Source of the DNA: Eubacteriales bacterium
Lineage (GTDB): Bacteria > Bacillota > Clostridia > Oscillospirales > CAG-272
Assembly: GCA_045577175.1 (NCBI GenBank)
Contig: JAZNHT010000037.1
Location: forward strand, 19,328 to 83,327
DNA: 64,000 nt
Direction of reading: 5' to 3'
The notes beneath the pieces were generated by a model, which was not told the DNA's origin, searched no databases, and saw only the letters and a program-made list of their open reading frames with translations. Position numbers and translations under genes: made by a program. Positions 55,907 through 64,000 of the stretch are shown in pieces (position 1 is the stretch's first letter; each line of letters begins with the position of its first letter).

Positions 55907-58354
55907 ATGGCAAAATTTATTGAAAAAATCGAAAAACTCACGCTTCCGGTCGTGGCACTTCGCGGTCTTGTAGCGTTTCCGTCTTTGCCTATAAATTTTG
56001 AGTTGGCACGCGACATATCGATCTCCGCCTGCAACGCCGCCACGTCGGCAGATATGCATGTTTTTCTCGTATCGCAGAAGCAGATCGATACCGAGATGCC
56101 CGGCGAGGATGATCTTTACCGCGTAGGCGTTGTTGCGAAAATCCGTCAGACTCTCAAAACCTCCGAAGGCACGCTTCGTGTCGTTGCGGAGGGTGTTTGC
56201 CGCGCGACGGCTGTCACGTATTTTACCGAGGACGGTCACATCTCAGCCGACGTAATGTCCAAGACGGTTTCGCTTGATTCCTCCCTCGGCGGCGATGTAA
56301 AGGCAGAGGCACTGATGAACGAAGCACTCGATGCGCTTGAGGCGATGATTAAGCACATTCCCTCCCCGTCGGACGATCTGCTGCTTGCCGCAAAATCGAT
56401 CAAGAATCCCGGACTGCTTGCCGATCTGATTGCGGCAAACGTGCTTGTCCGTCACGAGGATAAGCAAGCAATTCTCGAAATTTACGATCCGCTCCGCCGT
56501 CTTGAAATGCTCGCAGTTCTTCTCGATAAAGAATCCGAGCTTCTGCGCATGGAGTCGATCATTCACCAGCGCGTCCGCGAGCAAATCGACGAGCATCAGA
56601 GAGAGTACTATCTGCGCGAGCAGATGAAGGTAATCCAGGGCGAGCTCGGCATGGACAGCGCGGATGAAGTGGAGGAATACTACGAAAAAATCGCCAGGGC
56701 GCACCTCCCTTCCGAAATTGACGAAAAGCTCCGCAAGGAGGTAGCCCGTCTGAATAAAACGCAGTTCGGCTCTCCCGAGGCGACTGTGCTCCGCACGTAT
56801 CTCGATACCTGTCTCGAAATTCCGTGGACGGAGGAAAGCAAGGAGCGTCTGGACGTGAAGGCTGCGAAGAAAATCCTTGACGCCGACCATGACGGTCTTG
56901 AGAAGGTCAAGGATCGCATCCTTGAGTATCTCGCCGTGCGCAAGCTCGCACCCGATCTGAAAAGCCAGATTCTCTGCTTTGTCGGACCGCCCGGTATCGG
57001 TAAAACGTCGCTCGGCATCTCGATCGCCCGCGCGATGAACCGCAAGTACGTCCGCGTTTCCTTGGGCGGTATACGGGACGAGGCGGACATCCGCGGTCAC
57101 CGAAAAACGTACATAGGTGCGATGCCCGGACGCATCGTGAACGCGCTGACACAGGCAGGCACGAAGAATCCGCTGATTCTGCTTGATGAAATCGACAAAA
57201 TGTGCGCAGATGCACACGGGGACCCGTCCTCCGCTATGCTGGAGGTACTCGATCCTGAGCAGAACAAGGCGTTCCGCGATCATTTTGTGGAGATGCCGAT
57301 TGACCTTTCCGACTGTCTCTTTATTGCAACGGCAAATACGCTTGAAACCGTGCCGCGTCCGCTGATCGACCGTATGGAGATCGTGGAATTGACGACGTAC
57401 ACGAAGAACGAGAAAATCTCGATTGCGAAAAATCATCTGATGCCGAAGCAGTACAAGCGCCACGGTGTTACGAAGCGCACGCTCCGCATCTCGGACGAGG
57501 CGCTGACGGAGATTATCGACGGATACACGCGCGAATCGGGCGTCCGCAATCTGGAGAGAAAAATCGCCGCTGTCTGCCGCAAAGCCGCACGCCGTATCGT
57601 TGAGGACGGCGTGAAATCGGTAACGGTCAAGGCGGAGAATGTGCCTGAATATCTCGGACCGAAAAAACTCCTCCCCGACCGCATTTACGACGAAGATCCT
57701 GTGGGCGTTGTCAACGGACTTGCCTACACGGAATCCGGCGGCGATCTGCTCCGTATCGAAACGGTCATCATGGACGGTACGGGCAAGCTGGAGCTGACAG
57801 GCTCGCTGGGCGACGTTATGAAGGAATCCGCGCACCTTGCGGTGAGCTACATCCGCGCCCATGCCGCCGAGCTCGGCGTGGCATCCGATTTCTACAAAAC
57901 AAAGGATATACATATCCACGTGCCCGAAGGTGCTGTCCCGAAGGACGGTCCGTCGGCCGGCGTATCGATTCTCACCTCCCTCACAAGTGCGCTCAGCGGA
58001 CGACCGATCCACCGCGATATTGCGATGACGGGCGAGCTTACGCTGACAGGACGTGTCCTTGCAATCGGCGGTCTGAAGGAGAAAACCACCGCCGCATGGA
58101 GCGCAGGGGTCACGAAGGTGCTGATTCCGTACGACAATAAGGCTGATCTCGCTGAGATCGATCCCGTTGTGTACGAAAAGCTCCTGTTCGTTCCGTGCAA
58201 AACTGCTGAGGAGGTTCTGCGCGTGGCACTCGTGCCCGATCCTGCGTCGCTTATGCGTGCACCCGAGGCGCAGACTGCCGAAAAAAACACTGCGCCGGAT
58301 GTATTGACGATCCCTGCGCACATTAAGCCACAGATTCCCACCACCGTAATTTAA
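55907..58354 (+). CDS. lon: ATP-dependent endopeptidase La (Lon)
   Basis: LON N-domain, Walker A GPPGIGKTS, and protease Ser in KDGPSAGV with a downstream Lys. Confidence 0.95.
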   Translation: MAKFIEKIEKLTLPVVALRGLVAFPSLPINFELARDISISACNAATSADMHVFLVSQKQIDTEMPGEDDLYRVGVVAKIRQTLKTSEGTLRVVAEGVCRATAVTYFTEDGHISADVMSKTVSLDSSLGGDVKAEALMNEALDALEAMIKHIPSPSDDLLLAAKSIKNPGLLADLIAANVLVRHEDKQAILEIYDPLRRLEMLAVLLDKESELLRMESIIHQRVREQIDEHQREYYLREQMKVIQGELGMDSADEVEEYYEKIARAHLPSEIDEKLRKEVARLNKTQFGSPEATVLRTYLDTCLEIPWTEESKERLDVKAAKKILDADHDGLEKVKDRILEYLAVRKLAPDLKSQILCFVGPPGIGKTSLGISIARAMNRKYVRVSLGGIRDEADIRGHRKTYIGAMPGRIVNALTQAGTKNPLILLDEIDKMCADAHGDPSSAMLEVLDPEQNKAFRDHFVEMPIDLSDCLFIATANTLETVPRPLIDRMEIVELTTYTKNEKISIAKNHLMPKQYKRHGVTKRTLRISDEALTEIIDGYTRESGVRNLERKIAAVCRKAARRIVEDGVKSVTVKAENVPEYLGPKKLLPDRIYDEDPVGVVNGLAYTESGGDLLRIETVIMDGTGKLELTGSLGDVMKESAHLAVSYIRAHAAELGVASDFYKTKDIHIHVPEGAVPKDGPSAGVSILTSLTSALSGRPIHRDIAMTGELTLTGRVLAIGGLKEKTTAAWSAGVTKVLIPYDNKADLAEIDPVVYEKLLFVPCKTAEEVLRVALVPDPASLMRAPEAQTAEKNTAPDVLTIPAHIKPQIPTTVI

Positions 58355-58365
58355 GGAGCGCGCGG

Positions 58366-58986
58366 ATGAAACTGAATCTCAACAACGTACAGCTGAAAAT
58401 CTCCGCAGGTAGATCGGATCAGATTCCTGCCGACCGTATGCCGCAGATCGCCTTTTCCGGGCGGTCGAACGTCGGCAAAAGCTCGCTCATCAACGCGCTG
58501 ACGGGCAGAAAATCGCTCGCCCGTGTCAGCGGCTCGCCCGGCAAGACGATCACGATCAACTTTTACGACGTCGATCGCAAGCTGTTTCTTGTCGATCTGC
58601 CCGGGTACGGCTTCGCAAAGCGCGCACCTGCGGACAAGCTGAAATGGTCACAGCTTACGGACGGATATTTTACAAACAACAAGAACATCGATCTGTTGCG
58701 CCTTGTCGTACAGCTGATTGACAGCCGTGTCGGTCCGACGAAGGACGACCGCGATATGCTCTCGTATCTCAGACAGGCGAAACTGCCGCACATTATTGTT
58801 GCGACAAAGATTGACAAGCTGAACACTACGGAGCGAAACGCATTTATCGAAGCAATTCAGATCGATCCCGACGTGGCGGATGCGGACTGCATCATTCTCA
58901 CCTCCGCCCAAAACGGAGCCGGCAAGGATGGTCTGTGGGAGGAAATCCTCGCACACGCCCATCTGGATACAAAGACAGAAAGCTAA
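58366..58986 (+). CDS. engB: ribosome biogenesis GTPase YsxC/EngB
   Basis: G1 GRSNVGKSSLINAL, G3 DLPGYG, G4 TKIDK. The classic lon-ysxC adjacency is present. Confidence 0.92.
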   Translation: MKLNLNNVQLKISAGRSDQIPADRMPQIAFSGRSNVGKSSLINALTGRKSLARVSGSPGKTITINFYDVDRKLFLVDLPGYGFAKRAPADKLKWSQLTDGYFTNNKNIDLLRLVVQLIDSRVGPTKDDRDMLSYLRQAKLPHIIVATKIDKLNTTERNAFIEAIQIDPDVADADCIILTSAQNGAGKDGLWEEILAHAHLDTKTES

Positions 58987-58996
58987 GGAGCACATT

Positions 58997-60298
58997 ATGA
59001 AACCGTTACATCCCTGTTATGACATAAACGATAGCGGACATCTCACCGTCGGCGGTGCGGATACTGTCGCACTTGCAAAAACTTACGGCACGCCGCTGTA
59101 CGTCATGGATGAAAATCACATCCGCCGCATGTGCCGTATGTACAAAGATGCATTCTCGAAATATTTCGGCGAGACTGCTGCACCCGTGTACGCAGGCAAA
59201 GCATTCTGCTGTAAGGCAATCTACCGCATCATGGCGGAGGAAAGCATGTGCGCGGACTGCGTGTCCCCCGGTGAGCTTTACACGGCACACGCCGCCGGAT
59301 TTCCGATGGAGAATGCGTTCTTCCACGGCAACAACAAAACGGATGCCGATCTCCGCTACGCGCTGGAGCTTGGCGTCGGGCATATCGTTGTGGATTCGCA
59401 CGAGGAGCTTGCCGCGCTCTCTGCGATTGCAGGTGAAATGGGCAAGACGCAGAAAATTCTGCTCCGCATCACGCCCGGTATTGATCCGCACACGCACAAG
59501 AAAATCGTCACCGGCAACGTCGATTCCAAATTCGGATCGGCAATCGTGACCGGACAGGCGGAAGCAATCGTTGCCGCCGCGCTCAAAACACCGAACGTGA
59601 TCTTGGATGGACTTCACTGCCATGTCGGCTCGCAGATTTTTGACATCGATCCGTTTGCGGATGCCGCCGAGATCATGGTCGCTTTTGTCGCCAAAATGCG
59701 GAAAGAATACGGTTGCTCTTTGCCGATTTTGAACATCGGCGGCGGCTTCGGCGTCCGCTATACCGAGGACGATCCCGAAATCGATTACGAAGAAAACATC
59801 CGTGCGCTCGGCGAGAAATTTGACGCCGTGTGTGCGCGCTATATGATCGAAAAGCCGACCATTCTCATGGAGCCGGGACGTTCTGTTGTTGCCGCGTCCG
59901 GCGTGACGCTCTACACCGTCGGCAGCGTGAAGGAAATCCCCGGATTCCGCAATTACGTTTCCATCGACGGCGGTATGCCCGACAATCCGCGCTATGCGCT
60001 GTATCAGTCGATCTATACGATCGTCAATGCTGAAAAAGCGGATACAAAAGCAGACTATCCCTGCACCGTCGCAGGACGCTGCTGTGAAAGCGGTGATCTG
60101 ATCGCGGAGGGCGCGATGATTCAGCCCGTACAGCGCGGTGATATTCTTGCCGTTCTTGTCACGGGTGCCTACAACTACGCGATGGCGTCCAATTACAACC
60201 GCCTCCCTCGCCCTGCGGTCGTGATGGTGAAGGATGGCGAGCCGCACGTTGCTGTCCGTCGGGAGACGTATGAGGACGTTGCTCGTTTGGACAACTGA
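58997..60298 (+). CDS. lysA: diaminopimelate decarboxylase
   Basis: PLP Lys context YAGKAF, GGGFGV and CESGD. The ATG at 58997 lies behind AAGGAG; the track start at 58880 is inside engB. Confidence 0.92.
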   Translation: MKPLHPCYDINDSGHLTVGGADTVALAKTYGTPLYVMDENHIRRMCRMYKDAFSKYFGETAAPVYAGKAFCCKAIYRIMAEESMCADCVSPGELYTAHAAGFPMENAFFHGNNKTDADLRYALELGVGHIVVDSHEELAALSAIAGEMGKTQKILLRITPGIDPHTHKKIVTGNVDSKFGSAIVTGQAEAIVAAALKTPNVILDGLHCHVGSQIFDIDPFADAAEIMVAFVAKMRKEYGCSLPILNIGGGFGVRYTEDDPEIDYEENIRALGEKFDAVCARYMIEKPTILMEPGRSVVAASGVTLYTVGSVKEIPGFRNYVSIDGGMPDNPRYALYQSIYTIVNAEKADTKADYPCTVAGRCCESGDLIAEGAMIQPVQRGDILAVLVTGAYNYAMASNYNRLPRPAVVMVKDGEPHVAVRRETYEDVARLDN

Positions 60299-60323
60299 TA
60301 AACAATAAAGGAGACAACGCGGA

Positions 60324-61016
60324 ATGCCATATGATGTAACCGCAAAGCTCATCGGGCTTTTGTATACAGTCCCGTGCGTGCTGATTGCACTCACATTTCA
60401 CGAATATGCACACGGATATGCCGCGTACAAGCTCGGCGATCCGACGGCAAGAAATTTCGGGCGGCTTACGCTGAATCCGCTGAAGCACCTCGACCCGATC
60501 GGCGTACTTTGTATGATCTTTTTCGGATTCGGTTGGGCAAAACCCGTGCCGGTCAACACACGTCATTTCAAAAAGCCGCGCCGCGATATGGCGATTACTG
60601 CCGTCGCCGGTCCGTGCATGAATTTGCTTTTGGGATTTATCGGGCTTCTCATTTTTCGTATACTGGCACCTTCGTATATGAGCACAATTGTGAGTTCAGC
60701 ATTCACGGAAAATCCGTATACGTTCTCAACCACTGTGTTCTCTTCCGCTATTTCATTTATCACTTACTTTTATTCCATTAACGTTTCTCTTGCTGTCTTC
60801 AATCTGCTTCCTATACCACCGCTTGACGGATCGCGGCTTTTAAGCCTCGCACTGCCACCGCGAGCGCATATGTGGGTTGCGCAAAACGAGCGCTACATCA
60901 CACTTGCACTTTTGGTTCTTTTGTGGATTGGCGCACTTGACAAACCGCTCGGTTACCTCATCAATCTGGTGTTCAGCGGCATGAATTTCCTTATCGGGCT
61001 GATTCCTTTTCTGTGA
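60324..61016 (+). CDS. site-2 protease family (M50) membrane metalloprotease
   Basis: HEYAHG (HExxH) in TM1 and the NLLPIPPLDGS motif. Confidence 0.85.
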   Translation: MPYDVTAKLIGLLYTVPCVLIALTFHEYAHGYAAYKLGDPTARNFGRLTLNPLKHLDPIGVLCMIFFGFGWAKPVPVNTRHFKKPRRDMAITAVAGPCMNLLLGFIGLLIFRILAPSYMSTIVSSAFTENPYTFSTTVFSSAISFITYFYSINVSLAVFNLLPIPPLDGSRLLSLALPPRAHMWVAQNERYITLALLVLLWIGALDKPLGYLINLVFSGMNFLIGLIPFL

Positions 61017-61025
61017 CGGTGAAAT

Positions 61026-61817
61026 ATGGAAGAACTGAAATACAGACTTGACCAATTTGAAGGGCCGCTGGATCTTCTGCTTACGCTGGTCGAGAAAAAC
61101 AAAATCAACATTGATGACATCCCCATTTCCCTGCTCTGTGCGCAGTACATGGAGTACATAGCCGCCGCGGAAGCGATGGATGTGGAGCTTTCCTCCGAAT
61201 TTATCGTGATGGCAAGTGAGCTGATGCTCATCAAAAGCAAAATGCTCCTGCCGCGCAACGAGGAAACGGACGAGGATCCGCGTGCCGCACTTGCCGCCGC
61301 CATGCTGGAGTATCAGCGTACAAAAGAGGCTTCCGTCTCCCTAACGCGTATGTTCGGTGTTTACGGTACGCGCATGGTGAAGGACACGGACGAAATCAAG
61401 GCGGACAATTCCTATGTTGCTGATCACAATGTCGAGCTTCTGACACGCGCTATGGTGCGTATGCTCACCGAAGTGCGTGTTACAGACGAGGAGGCAATCC
61501 GCCGCTTTGAGCCGCTCATCAAGCACAAGCCGATCTCCGTTGCCTCTGTCGCAAGCACCCTTATCAACACATTGAAGGATGGTACGCCGGTTACGCTGAA
61601 CCGATATTTTGCCTCGGCAAAACGGTCAAAGCCTGTTGCTATCGCGATGTTTATGGCGATGCTGGAGCTGCTGAAATCGGGCTGTGTCCTTTTGGAAGAA
61701 ACGCAATACGCCGAAGACGGAATCATCTCCGCGGACGATTCTGCGACGATCCGTCTGAATCCCGATGCCGATCTTGAATCCATTTCAAAAATACTGAAGG
61801 AAAGCGCAAATTCCTGA
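61026..61817 (+). CDS. scpA: segregation and condensation protein A
   Basis: N-terminal FEGPLDLLLTLVEKNKINIDDIPI kleisin motif, followed by scpB. Confidence 0.9.
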   Translation: MEELKYRLDQFEGPLDLLLTLVEKNKINIDDIPISLLCAQYMEYIAAAEAMDVELSSEFIVMASELMLIKSKMLLPRNEETDEDPRAALAAAMLEYQRTKEASVSLTRMFGVYGTRMVKDTDEIKADNSYVADHNVELLTRAMVRMLTEVRVTDEEAIRRFEPLIKHKPISVASVASTLINTLKDGTPVTLNRYFASAKRSKPVAIAMFMAMLELLKSGCVLLEETQYAEDGIISADDSATIRLNPDADLESISKILKESANS

Positions 61818-61840
61818 TTTGCCGCTTATGTGTATAAAAC

Positions 61841-62506
61841 ATGGAAAATACTGTGAATACTATTCCGCTTGAAGAATCCATGGATGTTGACACCAGACGA
61901 GAACTGAAGCGCACAATCGAGGCAATCCTGTTTGCCGCAGGGCATCCCGTAAAATACGACAAGCTCGCCGATGTGCTCTCCATGACACCTGCCGGTGTCA
62001 AAAGTCTTGTGCGTGAATACGCCGAGGAATACAACGATCACCTCGGTACTCTTCCGCGCGGTATTCTGATGCTAACCTTCGATGATGGCTGTCAGCTCTG
62101 CACCATGGAGCAGTACGGCGAGGCAATCCGCGAGGCTCTCGGCATCCGCCGCGGCGGAAATCTCTCTGCCTCCTCCATCGAGGTGCTCGCGATCGTTGCG
62201 TACAATGAGCCTGTCACCCGTGCGTATATCGACACCGTCCGCGGTGTTGATTCAAGCTATGGCGTAAATTCGCTCTGCGACAAGCATCTGATTGAGCCGT
62301 GCGGACGTTTGGACGTTCCCGGGCGACCGCTTCTCTACCGCACTACGCCCGATTTTCTGCGTGTGTTCGGAATCTCCTCGCTTTCCGAATTGCCGGAAAT
62401 CACAATTCCGAAGGCGGGCGGAGCCGCAGCTGAAGAAATTCTCCCGATCGAAGAAGCATCCGCGGAAGCAGCAAGCGACAAGCCGACGGATGAAACAGAC
62501 GAATAA
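61841..62506 (+). CDS. scpB: segregation and condensation protein B
   Basis: IEAILFAAGHPV and two winged-helix repeats (LAIVAYNEPVTRAYID, GRPLLYRTT). Confidence 0.9.
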   Translation: MENTVNTIPLEESMDVDTRRELKRTIEAILFAAGHPVKYDKLADVLSMTPAGVKSLVREYAEEYNDHLGTLPRGILMLTFDDGCQLCTMEQYGEAIREALGIRRGGNLSASSIEVLAIVAYNEPVTRAYIDTVRGVDSSYGVNSLCDKHLIEPCGRLDVPGRPLLYRTTPDFLRVFGISSLSELPEITIPKAGGAAAEEILPIEEASAEAASDKPTDETDE

Positions 62507-62530
62507 GACAACCACATAAGAGGTAATGCT

Positions 62531-63235
62531 ATGATCTTTTTATGGATCCTTGGCGTAATCCTTCTGCTTCTTGTTTTCCTTTTGTTCGTGGGTGTGAAAA
62601 TTCACATCTCATACAAGGACGATCTCGCACTGTTTGTCTCCGTGCTCGGTATACGGATACCGATTTTACCAAAACGGAAGAAGAAAATCAACCACCGACA
62701 GTTTTCGTACAAACGGCACCGAAGACGGCTCCTGCGTGAATCAAAAGCGGCGCAAAAGAAGGAGCGGAAGCGGATTCTGAAAGAAAACAAGAAGAAGATA
62801 AAATCCACACAAAAGAAAGGCGAAAAGAAAAAGCTGCCGCCGGATGATACCTCATCGGAGAAAGAGCCGTCGGTCACATCCGTGCTTCTCTCCGTAGTTT
62901 CGGATGTTCTGGAAAAATTTTTCGGTACGCTCGGTGTGGAGGTCGTGCGCATCCGTATCACTGTCGGCGGTCCGGACGCCACCGCCACTGCGCTTGCTTA
63001 CGGTGCTGCCGCACAGGGGGTTGCGTACCTTCTTGAGCTTCTCGCAAACAAGACTGCCTATCGGCGTAAAAAAGCGGAGAACGTATCGGTTGCTGCCGAT
63101 TTCCTATCAAGAAAAACAACAGCCGATGTCTCTCTTGTGTTTACCCTGCGCGTATGGAATCTCCTGCGCGTTGCCTTTGTTTTCCTTTCCAAATTCATTA
63201 AAGAAAAAATTCGCCGCGCAAGCGTGCAGACTTGA
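62531..63235 (+). CDS. DUF2953/YtfI-like sporulation-associated membrane protein
   Basis: N-terminal TM helix, a very Lys/Arg-rich linker, and its position before a GerW/YtfJ gene. The family call is from memory. Confidence 0.6.
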   Translation: MIFLWILGVILLLLVFLLFVGVKIHISYKDDLALFVSVLGIRIPILPKRKKKINHRQFSYKRHRRRLLRESKAAQKKERKRILKENKKKIKSTQKKGEKKKLPPDDTSSEKEPSVTSVLLSVVSDVLEKFFGTLGVEVVRIRITVGGPDATATALAYGAAAQGVAYLLELLANKTAYRRKKAENVSVAADFLSRKTTADVSLVFTLRVWNLLRVAFVFLSKFIKEKIRRASVQT

Positions 63236-63245
63236 GGTACAAAAG

Positions 63246-63713
63246 ATGAGTGAGAGCAACAAATTGAACGACATTATCCGCACCTCCCTTGACAGCATCC
63301 GCTCCATGGTCGATTCCAACACGGTTATCGGCGAGCCGATTCAGACTGCGAACGGAACAACAATCATTCCCGTATCCAAGGTGTTTGTCGGTTTCGCCTC
63401 CGGCGGTGTCGATTATCTCGGAAAAAACGCTACCGTACAAACCGCGCCGAAGACCTCCGGCAATAATTTCGCAGGAGGAGGCGGTACAGGTCTGACCGTT
63501 TCGCCCGTTGCTTTCCTCGTTGTGGATGCAAGCGGTTCGGTTCAGCTTTTGAACGTCAACGAGCCGACCAAGCAGGCTGCTGACCCTGTCTCCCAGATCG
63601 TGAGTCTCCTTGAGCGTTCGCCTGAAATCATTGAGCGTCTGAAGGCAGTCTTTGCAAAAAAAGATACTGCGGAAGCACCTGCGGCTGAGAAAACGGAATC
63701 CACTGAAGCGTAA
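63246..63713 (+). CDS. GerW/YtfJ family sporulation protein
   Basis: SLDSIRSMVDSNTVIGEPI...GTTIIPVSKV..GFASGG and GGGGTGLTVSPVAFLVV. The ATG at 63246 lies behind GAGG. Confidence 0.8.
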   Translation: MSESNKLNDIIRTSLDSIRSMVDSNTVIGEPIQTANGTTIIPVSKVFVGFASGGVDYLGKNATVQTAPKTSGNNFAGGGGTGLTVSPVAFLVVDASGSVQLLNVNEPTKQAADPVSQIVSLLERSPEIIERLKAVFAKKDTAEAPAAEKTESTEA

Positions 63714-63791
63714 AGCTGACAGAATGTGTCTCTCATAAATCGCACCGCATCGGATACGATAGAAATATCTTATCCGATCGGAGTTGATATT

Positions 63792-64000
63792 TTGAAAAGA
63801 TTCTGTCTCATCTGCGCTGTGCTTCTGTTTATGCACACCGCGGTATTCCCTATATGTGCAAGTCCGTCTGTCTCGGCATCCGCCGCTGTCTTAATTGAAG
63901 CGACCGGCGGACGCGTCCTTTTGGATGTGAATGCGCACACGCGCCTTCCCATGGCGAGCACGACCAAAATCATGACCGCGCTTGTCGCTTTGGAGCATGC
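63792..64000 (+). CDS. D-alanyl-D-alanine carboxypeptidase (DacB/DacF-like), N-terminal fragment running off the window
   Basis: TTG start 9 nt after GGAG. A signal peptide is followed by the SxxK active site (MASTTKIMTALVALEH). Confidence 0.75.
   Translation, partial: MKRFCLICAVLLFMHTAVFPICASPSVSASAAVLIEATGGRVLLDVNAHTRLPMASTTKIMTALVALEH

Noticed and set aside
55676-56239. N-terminal 187 codons of the 426-codon track ORF 54959-56239
   Set aside because: Only the last 239 codons form a GNAT-like protein with a good SD before the ATG at 55675. The upstream part runs through the AT-rich lon promoter region and into lon antisense, and it translates to R/K-rich low-complexity sequence.
62904-63245. 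N-terminal 114 codons of the track ORF 62904-63713
   Set aside because: This part overlaps the DUF2953-like gene in another frame. The GerW/YtfJ homology begins at the ATG at 63246, which is preceded by GAGG.
1-64000. CRISPR arrays, IS elements, integrases, prophage or known defence modules
   Set aside because: I saw no regularly spaced direct repeats. I saw no transposase, recombinase, reverse-transcriptase or nuclease-type translations among the ORFs. Apart from the 4124-4395 element, I saw no tRNA-flanked or repeat-flanked island.

Overview
This is a dense, two-stranded core-genome segment from a moderately GC-rich, endospore-forming Firmicute. The Clostridia-like assignment is an inference from gene content only. 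I call about 62 protein-coding genes, plus intrinsic terminators and several near-consensus sigma-A promoters. I saw no rRNA, tRNA, CRISPR array, transposase or integrase, prophage, or recognisable defence gene. In order, the window holds: the tail of an acidic hypothetical protein plus two sugar-type ABC permeases; an ECF sigma factor with a coupled membrane protein; a ~270-nt hairpin-dense noncoding element; a YesL-like membrane protein; proC; a GNAT; two NodB-type deacetylases (one PdaA-like); argG-argH-galM; galE plus a nucleotidyltransferase; a Crp/Fnr regulator plus an NMT1-type ABC importer; a 279-aa cysteine-rich orphan and a 135-aa mini P-loop protein; pgi; a PBP5-type DD-carboxypeptidase; pcrA; proS; a RodA/FtsW-family gene; an AT-rich nitrilase-superfamily gene; a PPi-type phosphofructokinase; spoIIAA-spoIIAB-sigF; a 702-aa SpoIID-domain protein with a coupled partner; a type IIA topoisomerase A subunit, tsaC/sua5 and prfA; an Eda-VOC fusion; an M18 aminopeptidase; an SLT; coaE; two orphans; holB-ricT-ferredoxin-methyltransferase-rsmI-metG-tatD (Bacillus-like synteny); tmcAL, rqcH and a GNAT; lon-engB-lysA; an M50 protease; scpA-scpB-DUF2953-gerW/ytfJ; and the start of a second DD-carboxypeptidase. 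All product names rest on my reading of motifs in the supplied translations, because no database search was possible. I do not find a convincing new multi-gene system in this window. The best leads are (i) the hairpin-bounded noncoding element at 4124-4395, (ii) the monocistronic cysteine-rich protein at 18472-19311 with its structured leader, (iii) the ECF sigma with an atypically oriented partner, (iv) the SpoIID-domain giant with its translationally coupled partner, and (v) the Eda-VOC fusion. Many very long ORFs in the track are codon-aligned antisense shadows of well-supported genes and were rejected.
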